64,000 bases of DNA, taken from positions 11,098,001 through 11,162,000 of the forward strand of contig NC_091480.1 of assembly GCF_036971445.1 (NCBI RefSeq). Reading direction: 5' to 3'. Below, piece after piece: positions 11,430 through 23,290 of the stretch. Under the pieces are notes generated by a model. It saw only the letters and a program-made list of their open reading frames with translations. It made no database searches and was not told where the DNA came from. The stretch's first letter is position 1. Each line of letters begins with the position of its first letter. Both the position numbers and the translations under genes were made by a program. The stretch comes from Narcine bancroftii (Eukaryota).

Positions 11430-12570
11430 TTCGAGATTCTTTTATTGTGATGTTATAAAATAGAAAATGTAATATGACACAAAACTTAGTTTACCGCAAG
11501 GCAGACAAAGATTCACCATCAGCAGATATTGCCCGGTGTTCCTTACAATTAGAAAAGAGAAGCAAAAGAGTCACTTAATGTTGTGGATTCACCTCCAGCA
11601 GTCCGCAGTCTTCAGTCCAGACCATCAGCGGCCTGAGCGCTAGATCCAAGCTTCCGACATGATCAAAAAGCCTTCAGCGCCTTCGGCACCCCCTCACATC
11701 TCGGTTCCGATATGTGGCACACCTTCAGCCAGTCACCAGCAGCCCACAGCCTGCATGGGTTTGTCGCATTGAGTCATCTACAGCCTAGCACCCGTGCTTT
11801 CTTCAGCCTCAGAGCCCCTCGCTGGTGTGCTACCATGGTCACCGCCCCGTGGGTCTGCTTCTCCTTCTCAGATGGAGGGTGGTCTCCCTGTTTTCTGGTG
11901 CCCTGCACCAGTCCTCTGCTTCCCCGGAGTCTGCAACCCCTTGAGCTGCTGCCAGATATAGGCCTCGCCAGAGTCATTGTCATGAACAGGCCACTAAATT
12001 CATTGTTTTGTGGCAGCATCCCTGTGCAAATATTTAAATAAACCACCTGGCAAAATAAAGAACATGGCCAACTAAGGCAGTGGGTATGGTTCATTGTTCA
12101 TTCTGGAATCTGATGGCAGAGGGAATAAAGCTTACCTTGTGTTGCTGAGTGCTCGTCTTCAGGTTCCTGCACCTTTTCCTGATGATAGAAGAGTGAAGAG
12201 GGCGTGACCTGTGCGATGGAGGGATTTTGAAGATAGAGACTGTGTCCTTAAGACACTGCCTCTTGTAGAGGTCCTCAATGAAGTGATGTCTGGTGCCTGT
12301 GATGTCGCAGGCCAGGTTAACAACCCTCTGGGTTTTTTTTTCCCTTTTCCTGAGCCTCTGCGATGCAACCAGACCGAATACTCTCCACGATACACCTGTA
12401 AAAGTTTGAGAGACTTCAGTGACATACCAGATCTTGGTCCCAGACCCCACGGTTGCAGGATTTTAAAATAAACCACCGTGAGCCATTTAAAGTGGAAATT
12501 GGACCCCGCAGGGGAATGCAGTGTCTCTGCTCCCTGCAGGTCCGCACCAGCAGTGGCAGTGCCATTGCAG
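11430..12570 (-). mobile_element. Non-coding retroelement with a Rex-type tail, interrupted by a Rex1 fragment (~11975-12427)
   Basis: Flanks of the insert join into a sequence colinear with 44060-44385. The insert encodes TQRVVNLACDITG..DLYKRQCLK..SFIPSAIRF (Rex1). Confidence 0.6.
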
Positions 12571-12734
12571 AAGCTCTGGCAATTCCGCCCTGAAGGGAGT
12601 AGCAACTATGAAAGATAAAGAAGGTTCTGCACTACACTGTTTAACCCATGTTAGAGCTGCCTGTGGCCTTTGTGGACCAGCCAGAGAATTGTCTGTATAG
12701 ACACCATAAGGGTAGGAACTCACATCTGTATTTA

Positions 12735-13190
12735 TTCTTTTAACAATATTTTCATTGATATTTTACAATAAAAAGTTGAACAATAAAATGTGCTACAAGA
12801 TCAGAAAAAAGTTACATTAATAATTACAAGTTCCAAAGCACACTCAAGGTGATAAAATGGTACATAACAAAAGAGAAACACAAAAAAAAAGAGAAAAAAT
12901 ACATTTCTAAACCCCTTCCCCAAGCAAGGCTGATGATTAACGTTCACAAATCCAAGTTGCACAGTCCTAGAGGGGGACCACACAATGCCAAGATTCCAGA
13001 TTAAAACTACATTTTAGGATTATGGTCGTAGTCCAAGAACAAGCCCCATAACATTTGAAATTTACTAACCGCATATCTAATTTTTTCCCCAAATTTAAAC
13101 AAGACATAATATCCCTTCCCCATTGTACGTGTGTAGGTGGAGAATTATCTTTCCACTTAATCAAAATTGCATGTCTGGCCGGTGGACCAG
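12735..13190 (-). mobile_element. L1-clade LINE 3' fragment (copy at ~28224-28679)
   Basis: Encodes ARHAILIKWKDNSPPTHVQWGRDIMSCLNL, a fish-type L1 ORF2 C-terminus, followed by an A-rich 3' end on the minus strand. Confidence 0.75.
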
Positions 13191-14623
13191 GGATCCAAAA
13201 ATAAAGTACAAGATAAAATGCAGCGTTGGATTGAAGTGAGTAACATGTCATCTTCTCAGAATGTTCCAAAAAGAAAAAGGGGTAAGTTCCAATTTTACAA
13301 CTGTATTTATAAGAATAAAGGCAGAAGCTCACATAGCATGTTTGGGGCATAAAGTGGAGCTCAACCATTACAAAAAGAGTTTCTTCCAAAATTACTAAAT
13401 ATTGTAAGGCAGCACACAGCTGCAAACTGCTTTGCACAAAATATGTGTTCACAACAACTGAGATAAGGGAGAAAAGTAGATTAGAAAAAAAAATGTAAAA
13501 CTCATGCATTTCTCAGAACAGTAGGCATTCGTCTCAGATGGATGGTTGCCCTGTTGCTATCAGCTTGCAATAAAGTTTGTTCTGAAGGTAAACGTGTGAG
13601 TTCTTCCATCAACAAACATATTTTTCCATGTATTGAAATCGTAGCTTCAACTCTGCATTGCTTTCTAACCTTAGCAACCTTTCACCTCTTGCTTATTCCA
13701 TCTACTTCTGATTTTAAAGCATTCGAACATTCTGTCTCTAAGGCACTTTAAGAAGGGAGTTCCAAAGATTCATAATTCTGGGAGAAAAGTTGTAAGCGGG
13801 TGACCTCTTTGTTTTAAAAATCTTGACCCGTAGCTTTACTTTGTTTCCCAGAGGACGCTTCGTCCCCACATCCACCTTGTGAATGCTGCCTATTTCTGCC
13901 CGACAGCCTGAACCTAATGGAAGAAATCTCTTTCTTTTTCAGAGGGAACCCACTGGCTCAGCCCCAATGTCCCTGGTTCAATTCTGACTCCGGTGCTGAC
14001 TGTATCGTTTGTCCATTCACCCCGGTGATTGCACAGCTTTTCTCCCACATCCCTAAAAAGCACGGTCGATAGGCCAATTGGCCATTGGAAATCTGTCCGA
14101 GTGTGTTGGAGAAGGGGAGAATCTGCGAGGAGATAAGGGGAAGATGGAAAAAATAAAATGGGTTGGGATAAGTTTAGTGCAAAAATGGATGATTGATGAT
14201 TGGGGCAGATGGTGTGCCAAGGGCTTGCTTCTGTGTTGTACTTCTCTGTGTCCAGAACTAGCCCTTAACTCAGGCAGAAATCCCATTTTCTGCCACTGTG
14301 GCCACTTCTTTTCTCCACGACACTTCTTTATGTTACAATCCCTTCATGTCTCACCATTTGGTGTCTCTACCATCAGATTGCATCCCATTCCTGAATATCT
14401 TCCTTTCCTGAGGGAAGTTTGCCTTTACTCTACTTTGTGCTTAACTGTATCCACAGTTTACTTTAATCTGTTCCAGTCATGCAGTTGAGTAGTTTATTTA
14501 TATAGTGCATTTAACATAACGCACATGGATCCAAAGGACTGAATGTACAATGAAGAATAAGTAGATAGTAACCAATCTAAACCAGTGGTTCTCAACCTTT
14601 TTCTTTCTACTTACATTCCACTT

Positions 14624-14823
14624 NNNNNNNNNNNNNNNNNNNNNNNNNNNNNNNNNNNNNNNNNNNNNNNNNNNNNNNNNNNNNNNNNNNNNNNNNNNNN
14701 NNNNNNNNNNNNNNNNNNNNNNNNNNNNNNNNNNNNNNNNNNNNNNNNNNNNNNNNNNNNNNNNNNNNNNNNNNNNNNNNNNNNNNNNNNNNNNNNNNNN
14801 NNNNNNNNNNNNNNNNNNNNNNN
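14624..14823. other. Assembly gap (200 N)
   Basis: Run of exactly 200 N, a fixed-size scaffolding gap. Confidence 0.99.
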
Positions 14824-14899
14824 TCCGCAAGATAGACAATAAATGATATACCTTGACAGTCTTTTCTCATCCCTAATTATATCGACATCCATGATTACA

Positions 14900-15900
14900 T
14901 TTGTTCTCGACATACACCGTCACCACTCGTGTGGCCCCTTGTCGCTCCCCCCCCCTCCCTCCACTGTCGTTTGAGGGAGTTCCCCTGGGTCCTGCGACGA
15001 CTCTCGGCTTGGACTCCAGCTGTGCCGAGCAAAGTTGCCCGGGCCAACTTTCGAAATCAAGATTCTTCATTTAAAATCCATCGAAAGACAGAGCGCGACA
15101 GGGTTGAGTCGTTTTGGAAAGGAAGGACGAGGTGGGTCGGCACCCCTCGAGGGCCGAAGGGCCTGTCCTGCTCTCTGTGCGCATTGAACCCCGGCTGCTG
15201 GCGTCCATTGGAAAGACGGGCGAGGTTTGGGGTCGCGCTGGAAGTGATGGAGAAGAGTTGGAGAAGTTGGCCTCCCGAAACACATGGGAACAGGCAGCGG
15301 CCGCGCCATGTGCTCCCTCGGTCTTTGTGCCAGCGCCTGCCTTCAGCTTTGTCGCTGAGCCCCAAGCTTTGGGAGGTTTTTTTTCGGGGGAGGGGGGTGC
15401 AAATACCAGAGAAAGTCTGGAAACGCAAGGTGTCCTGTCCTCAAACGGTGCGGAATCTGCTTGAGGCGACCGGTGGGGAGACGGACTGGCCGTCGGCAGG
15501 ATCGGCCTGAAGCGGCTCTTCCAGGCATTGCACCGGGCCGAGGAGAAACCTTGACCCTGTCCAGTTCAGCCTCAACGCTGGTCTGTGCATTGGAGGTGGG
15601 CGATTCCAGGGCTGGCCGCGTCTCCTCGGCGCACATGGGCGAGGTGGGAACCGCCTGGGGTGCCGTTCGACGCTGGCGGGGCGGGGGGCTCTTCCCCCCC
15701 TCCTCCTCCTCCAGCCTTTCGGGACAGGGTGGGTTGGAGTGGGGGGTCCCAGCGATACTTCTCCCCGCGGAGATGGTGGAATCCAGATGATTTCTGTGTG
15801 CGAAAGCGCTTGAAAGCCCCGGGAAATGTAATGAGTGGACGTGCTTGATACGAGGAATCGACATAGAATGTGGTGTGGCCGAGTAGCTTTGGCAGGGAGG
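14900..15900. promoter_or_regulatory. CpG island, probably promoter-proximal
   Basis: About 1 kb of GC-rich DNA with dense CpG and GC boxes (e.g. ggggcgggg near 15678). No convincing protein among the overlapping ORFs. Confidence 0.62.
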
Positions 15901-18556
15901 GGTTCTCCAAAGCAGCGGCTGTGTATTGGGAGGCTGCTGAGTTTGGGGAATGCAATTGAATTGATGGAGAGTAGAGAGGCTGGAGGAGGGAGGGAGTCCA
16001 GTCCCCATCTAGAGTGGGCAAGGGCACCCTCTAGGGCTTTCTCCCTTTATTTTCCCCACTCACATCCCACCTTCAGTCATCCCTTACTAACCACAGAGCA
16101 CCGATGCCATCGCTTCTCAGGAAGGTGGCATGAGTAGAAAAACAAGGTTGAGAACCACTGCGCCAGAGGATTTCCAAAAGCCCAATCAAGCCAGAAGATT
16201 GAGTGGGGGGGTAACCTTAGACTTTGATTTCCACGGGGCTTCTAATCACTTCATTAAGACCCATGTCGTGGCGCAAAAGATTAGGGTGTATTTTTTTTAA
16301 ATATAAAGGTGGAGACTGACTACAGGGAACGCTGCCGTCGGAGAGCAGCGGCAATCATCCAGGATCCACACCACCCAGAACATGCTCTCTTCTTGCTCCC
16401 AACCATCACAAGACTCCCACCACCAGGTTCAAGAACAGCCCCCTCAACGACAAACTCAATCAGGGAGGGACTCATTTCAGGGCTCTTACTTGTGCACTTT
16501 ACTCTTTGTATTGCATAGTTGTTTACATTGCTTGGTTTATATGGTTACCTTGAGAACAGTTTATTTTTTTTCTGTCCACCCACAGGAAAAAGAATCTCAG
16601 GGTTGTATGTGATGTCATGTATATTCTCTGACAATACATCTGAAATCCATTAGGTAGTCTACTATAGATCTCGGCAGAGAAGCAGAATGAGTATCAAATG
16701 TTACTGATCTTCCAACACTGATGACAAATGTGGCAAATGACCTTGCAGTAAGAGAGCACGCCTTTTAATCCACCTCCCCCCCACCCCTCCGAGTTCTGTT
16801 TAATGTAGATCAGGCTGGAAATACTCACCAGGTCAGCCAGCAAATACAAGAAATCAAAGGCATTTGGACTTGACTGCAGAAACACAAGATCTGCAGACGC
16901 TGTGAGCCAATGACGAGAAAGTGGGTAGTGGGGAAGAGACTCAGGGGGGTCTCAAGAAAGAGTCCCTATCGGAGGTTTCTCCACGTGGATGCTCACTGAG
17001 ACCCACGAGCCCCTCCAGGCAACACTTTCCAGAGGAACTCAGCAGGACTAGCAACATCAGTGGGAGAAAAGGAATGACCCCAGCCTGGCACCCAGATGGA
17101 TTCCAGCATCTGCAACCTCCCCTGACCTTCTCTTCCTTTGCTCTCTTTGACTTGCCTGCAGTCTGGCTAGTTAGAGTGGACTACGCTAATGCTTTAACAA
17201 GCTGTTCTGAAATGTCATTTACCAGGAAGAGTACTAGCTCATTCCATAAGATGTTTCATGGTCTGTGAAAGTTTCTCAGTGTCAGGTCGGCTATTGTCTT
17301 ATCACACACTCAACCTGCTGTCAATCCTCCCTCTTCACAGTGGTTTTCAATTTATTTCTTTCCACTGTCATATCACTAAGTAATCCCTATGCCATCGGTG
17401 CTCTGTGATTGGTAAGGGATTACTTAAGGTGGGATGTGGGTGGAAAGAAAAAGGTTGAAAACCACTTTTAATTGTCCCTCATTGTAGTTTCATAACTCCA
17501 AAGGAAATGGGCCAATGACAACTTTTCTCAAGCAAAATATTTCATTAACAGTTGGGTCTAGAGCAGTGATTCTCAATCTTCCCTTCCCACTCACATCCCA
17601 CTTTAAGCCATCCCTTACTAATCACAGAGCACCGATGGCAGAGGGATGGCTTAAAGTGGGATGTGAGTGGGAAGAAAAAGGTTGAGAACTAAATGTGTGG
17701 TTTACAGTGATTTCTCCCACAAACCCTTGCCATCCCTGCTTCTTTTCCTTCACTTGGCACAGAGGTCAACAGTATTGGTGGGGTAGTGGGGGGGTTGGGT
17801 GGGGGCTAAGGAAATAGTTGATGTTTCGGGTCAAAACCCTTCATCAAGACCCTTCAACAGTACCTTTTCTCCTAAGGATGCAGGTCGACCTGCTGAGTAA
17901 TTAACAACAAGTACTTGGGGAAGTTTTCAAAATGCAATTAATTAGGAATTATCCTGGCTTTAATAGAAGGATTACAGCCTCTGAATGTAAACGCTTTTCA
18001 GATGCAGGTGCTTGAGCGAAGAATTCCTCTTGTCATCACTACAACGTTAATGATCCTAAAGCAATTTTACCTCAAGGAGATGAGCAAGTTGTCCCAAGAA
18101 GGCCAATCAATATTTATGCCTGTCATCAACATTGCTAAAACAGCACAGGTGGCCACATATAATATTGCAAAACTGATAACACATTCAATGTTATCCAGCT
18201 TGCTGTTTACAATTTCATGGCACTGGGAATGTCCTGTGCAATTTACAAAGTATCAACTGCCTTATACTATCTGGGAAAATAAAAGTGATCTTAAATGTAA
18301 CATCTGATTTTTTAAAATTTAATTTTGGTTGTTCACCATCAATTTTAGCAATACAAGTCTCAGCTGTGGTTCAGGTCGTCAGCCCTGCTGGGTTAGGTGC
18401 TCAAATCTCAGTCCAAACTGAAAGTAAAATCTCATTTCCTACTTTAGATCGGGTCTGTGTGTGTGCTCCCTTGTTGGGTATATTATCTTTCATTGAGAAA
18501 TTAAAGCAAAGCCCCATCTGCCCTCTTCAAGTGGGCATAAAGGATATCGCAAGACT

Positions 18557-19210
18557 AAGATAAGCGTATACAGAGCCGTTGTCATACCCACACTCCTGTT
18601 CGGCTCCGAATCATGGGTCCTCTACCGGCACCACCTACGGCTCCTAGAACGCTTCCACCAGCGTTGTCTCCGCTCCATCCTCAACATCCATTGGAGCGCT
18701 TACACCCCTAACGTCGAAGTACTCGAGATGGCAGAGGTCGACAGCATCGAGTCCACGCTGCTGAAGATCCAGCTGCGCTGGATGGGTCACGTCTCCAGAA
18801 TGGAGGACCATCGCCTTCCCAAGATCGTGTTATATGGCGAGCTCTCCACTGGCCACCGTGACAGAGGTGCACCAAAGAAAAGGTACAAGGACTGCCTAAA
18901 GAAATCTCTTGGTGCCTGCCACATTGACCACCGCCAGTGGGCTGATAACGCCTCAAACCGTGCATCTTGGCGCCTCACAGTTTGGCGGGCAGCAACCTCC
19001 TTTGAAGAAGACCGCAGAGCCCACCTCACTGACAAAAGGTAAAGGAGGAAAAACCCAACACCCAACCCCAACCAACCAATTTTCCCTTGCAACCGCTGCA
19101 ATCGTGTCTGCCTGTCCCGCATCGGACTTGCCAGCCACAAACGAGCCTGCAGCTGACGTGGACTTTTTACCCCCTCCATAAATCTTCGTCCGCGAAGCCA
19201 AGCCAAAGAA
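18557..19210 (+). mobile_element. RTE-clade LINE 3' fragment (duplicate of 3079-3732)
   Basis: Identical ORF translation to the first copy. Confidence 0.95.
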
Positions 19211-22200
19211 TAAGACATAGGACCAGAAGTAACTTATTCAGCCCATCAAGTCTGCCCCGCCATTTCATCATTTTCCAACTCTGCCCCACAGCCCGGCCTT
19301 CTCCCCATAACCTTTGATCCCCTGACTGATCAAGAACCGTCTTAAATACACGGACCTCCACAACAAAAAATTCCACTGATTTACAACCCTCTGGCTGAAG
19401 AAATTCCCCTTCGTCTCTGTTCGAAGCGGACCCCCATCAATCCTGAAGTTGTGCCCCCTTGCCCTGGACTCTCCCACCACGGGAAACAACCTGACTATAT
19501 CGATTCTGTCCACACCTTTCAACATTCGAGATGTTTCAATGAGATTCCCCACCATTCTCCTAAATTCCAAAGATTGCAGGTCAAAGGCTCCTAATCTTTC
19601 ATTTCATCCCTGTAATCATCCTAGTGAACCTCCTTTTAACCCTCTTCAATGAATGTCAGCACATCTTCTCAAGTGAGGAACCCATAACTACTCCCAATAC
19701 TCCAAGTGAGGTCTCACCAGTGCCTTATAAAGCCTCAACATCACATCCCTGCTCTTTATATTCTTTTCCTCTTGAAATAAATTCCAGAATTGCATTTGCT
19801 TTCTTCACCGTTTCAACATGCCACTATTATAAATGCGACTAGGACAATTACACTCTGGTCAAAATTTATTCCTCATTCTCCATCACCAGCAGTTCAGTTT
19901 GTGGATCTTACTCTGTTCAAAGAAGCAACTAAGTCTTCTACATTACAATTCTTCAAAGGCTGTTAAATGCATTTGCTCTTTATAGATCCAGGACGGCAAA
20001 TGATGCTCTTTCACGATTCATTGGAATGTCAGGATGAGGATTCCATTTATCCCAGCAAACAATAAGAAACTGGAGGGACTCGGGGGGGGGGGGGGGGGGG
20101 GAGATCAGGCAGCATTTATTGAGAGAATCTTTCAGACAATATTTTGGATTGGGACTCTTTCTCGGTTTCTTCTTTTCCATTCCTCACCGCACCCCCCCCA
20201 CTTGAATAATGAATCAAATATCAAATTGCTTTAATGTCTTTGCTGCTTCAATAACACAGTAACAAATGATTTATCTGATCTCAATAATGTGCCAAGATTG
20301 ATGCAAAATAACAAGATTGGAATAATATATTTTACAATCGTGATAATGGAACTAGATAACAGCACAAAGACACTGAGAATGGAGTGTTTAGCATTTATTT
20401 AACCTACCAGCATATGAAAGAGAACATTACTCTTCTTTCCAATTGATCTATATAGTTTAGTAAAGCAGGAAACATCTGTCACAAACCACAAATATAATAT
20501 TTATTTGGTGACACAAAGTAGTGTTTTTTTTAAACTTTCTTTGGGATGAAACTGTTGATAAACTAGTGCTCAATTCCGACCTCAAACTAATTTTCTACCA
20601 ACTTTATTTTGTCCCCATCAGTTATGACACAATCTCTGTATTGCAATCTCTGGCCTGCAATTGTAATGGGTTCACATAGGGCTGTGGTTCTCGACCTTTT
20701 TCTTTCCACTCACATCCCACTTGAAGTAATCCCTATGCCATTGGTGCTCTGTGATGAGTAAGGTGGGATGTGGGTGGGAAGGGAAGGTTGAGAACCACTG
20801 CTCAAGATTCAATTGTTACTGAAATATTTTGCTGGAGAAAAATTGTCATTGGCCCATTTCCTTTGGAGTTATGAAACCGATCACATAACGAGTCAATGAG
20901 GTATGATTAAAACAGTATTTTTCAAACTTTTTCTTTCTACCCACATGCCACCTTAAGAAATCCCTTACTAATCACAGAGCACCGATGGCATAGGAACTAC
21001 TTAAAGTGGTATAAAGGTTGAGAACCACTGGCCTGGGGCATAGAAAAGAGACGACTCATGGAACTGATTTCCAGCATTTATTAACTCCCTTTAGAAGACA
21101 AAATAACACAGCCACTGCCTTCTGAGTTTTTTTTCCTTTTCTCCCTTAGCAAGGTAGCAAGCAGTGACTCCGTATTATTTTCCTCATCTACATACCGATA
21201 CGTTATTTTAACATTTCAATATGAACTCAACTCAGTGTACATGGTATTAGCCAAGAGCTTTTAAGATTTGCCCATGGAAACATTTTGCATTTTAACATTC
21301 TTTCAAACTATATAAAAAAACTGTAAATATACACACACACACAGTAGCACCCAGAGGGTGAGTTTAAAAAATTGCATAGAGAAATTAACTGGCCAAAATC
21401 ATTTACTTAACAAGGAAAGCCTGTAGCTGTGGAAGACAAAATAACACAACCATTGCCTTCTGAGCATGCAAAATAACAGAATTTACACTGTTACATTTCA
21501 GCAAAGCTCTTGATCACATGACCAGCTAAAACACCAGTAAGATTAAAAAAACAACCTTAAAACTTACATTAATGGTAAAAACAACTGTAAAACAATAATA
21601 TTAGTAATGCACAATTAGCATTAAGATTGATAACATAAATAATTCATTTCCAAGAGAAAACATTAAATTTGCCCAGCAGCTAAATCTCCCCCACCCCCCA
21701 CCCCACTTACCTGGAGCAAGCAGTGTAAGAGAGAGGAATGGAGGTGGCTCAGGAGGTGCACAAGAGTTCTTCACCACCAGAAACATTATTAAAATGAGAT
21801 TAAATACAAATACTTCATTGAGATAAAATTCACAAATACAGAATTAAGAATAAAAATTATTAAACCCTGTTTTTAACTCTGTTACACAATTTTACTATGG
21901 AATTGCTATTGAGGAAATATTTCATGTCAATTATCAGTGATAATATTCATTATCTGCATGCAAATGTTTTATCTGAGGCGAACACTTAGAAATTAGAATA
22001 GCGTCTGTACCGTTTGACTTGCAAGATTTTACTGGGAGTATTAATTCATACATTTTTGAACATATTTGCATAATAATATTGCTCATGGTTATCATAAGCT
22101 GTTTTACTTTTGGTCTTTCAAACCTCTGATATAATTTCATTACTAACTCACCTCCTTAACATAATTATGTTCAACACTGAGATAATGATGAGCAGATATT

Positions 22201-23216
22201 CGGTTTACATTTGGTATTCTTGTATTTGCATTCTGTCTATCAGAAATACCTCGACCAACTTTCTACTAAAGTACATAAACAATTTATTGACTCAAGCTGG
22301 TGCACAGAGTGGAAACCAAACTCAATTACCAGGGTCACTTTGATATCAATTATCTGGCTCCATCACGGCCTGGTATGGGAGCACCAATACGTCTGAGTGG
22401 AAAGTCCTGCAAAATGTAGTATCACAGGCAAAATTCTTCCCACCATCGAGAAAGTAAACATGGAACATTGTTGTCAGAGAGGAGAGCAATCGTTAAGGAC
22501 CCACACCACCCAGGGTATAATCTCATTTTGCTGCTGCCATCAGGAAATATGTAAATATACCACATGACTCATACCACCAGGGTTAAGAACAGATGTCACT
22601 AGGGTGGCCATTCCAAAAGGAGGTATGGTCATAGATTACAAAATATATATATATTTATACACACACACACACACACATACAGTGTGTTTGCATTTGTTTT
22701 TCCAATATGGTTTAAATTTTATTAATAAAATATGATTTTTGCTGCATTACATTTGTGGCGAGTATACACTTAAGGCTCAAGGACACAGCATGACTGCACT
22801 TATTAATAAAGCCTATGAGCTCTACTTTGGTCGTAAAATTGGAAAGTGAGACAAACACTGGGCTCACATGCTGTTGTGCAACATGTGTCGTTAACGTAAG
22901 AGCTTGGCTCAGAGGTACATAATGTGATTAAAATGCAAAATTCAATAAAAGTTCATTTAACGTTTCTCCCACTTCCTGCGTTATACTGCAAATATGAAAT
23001 TATTTTTGTGTTCAGCTTGAAGCTGTCTTATCATCACTCCTCATTGTTTTTCAGGAAGCAAAGCATTTGAAAAAATCTGTTGTCCACTGAAATTTATCAC
23101 TTGAAACAAGGTAAAGGTTCTATTATTGTCACATTTAGAATATAACATACATGAAATTCTTGTCTACTGTAAGGCAGACAGTATTGCCACTTTGTCCAGC
23201 ACCCCTCACAGAAATT

Positions 23217-23290
23217 AGGCCCCCAACAAGGGACGAACTCACAATCCCTGGTGTACAAGACCAGTGTTCTAACCACTGAGCTATGGAGCC
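23217..23290 (-). pseudogene. tRNA-Thr(TGT)-derived sequence (duplicate of 7731-7804)
   Basis: Same sequence as 7731-7804. Confidence 0.85.

Larger units (their letters stand above)
1..14623. repeat. Copy 1 of a near-identical ~14.6-kb tandem duplication (partner 15479-30112)
   Basis: Sequence and ORF track repeat at an offset of 15478 growing to 15489. Roughly 20 SNPs or small indels seen by eye. The copy ends at the N gap. Confidence 0.98.

Noticed and set aside
12967-13509. 180-aa minus-strand ORF as a host gene
   Set aside because: Chimera of unique AT-rich DNA and a decayed L1 ORF2 fragment.
14498-14913. ORFs containing X runs
   Set aside because: Artefacts of the N gap.
14929-16027. 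Overlapping 100-221-aa ORFs in the CpG island (and 73-659 in copy 1)
   Set aside because: Pro/Arg/Gly-rich translations on both strands with no recognisable domain. Expected in stop-poor GC-rich DNA, and they include a TE tail remnant.
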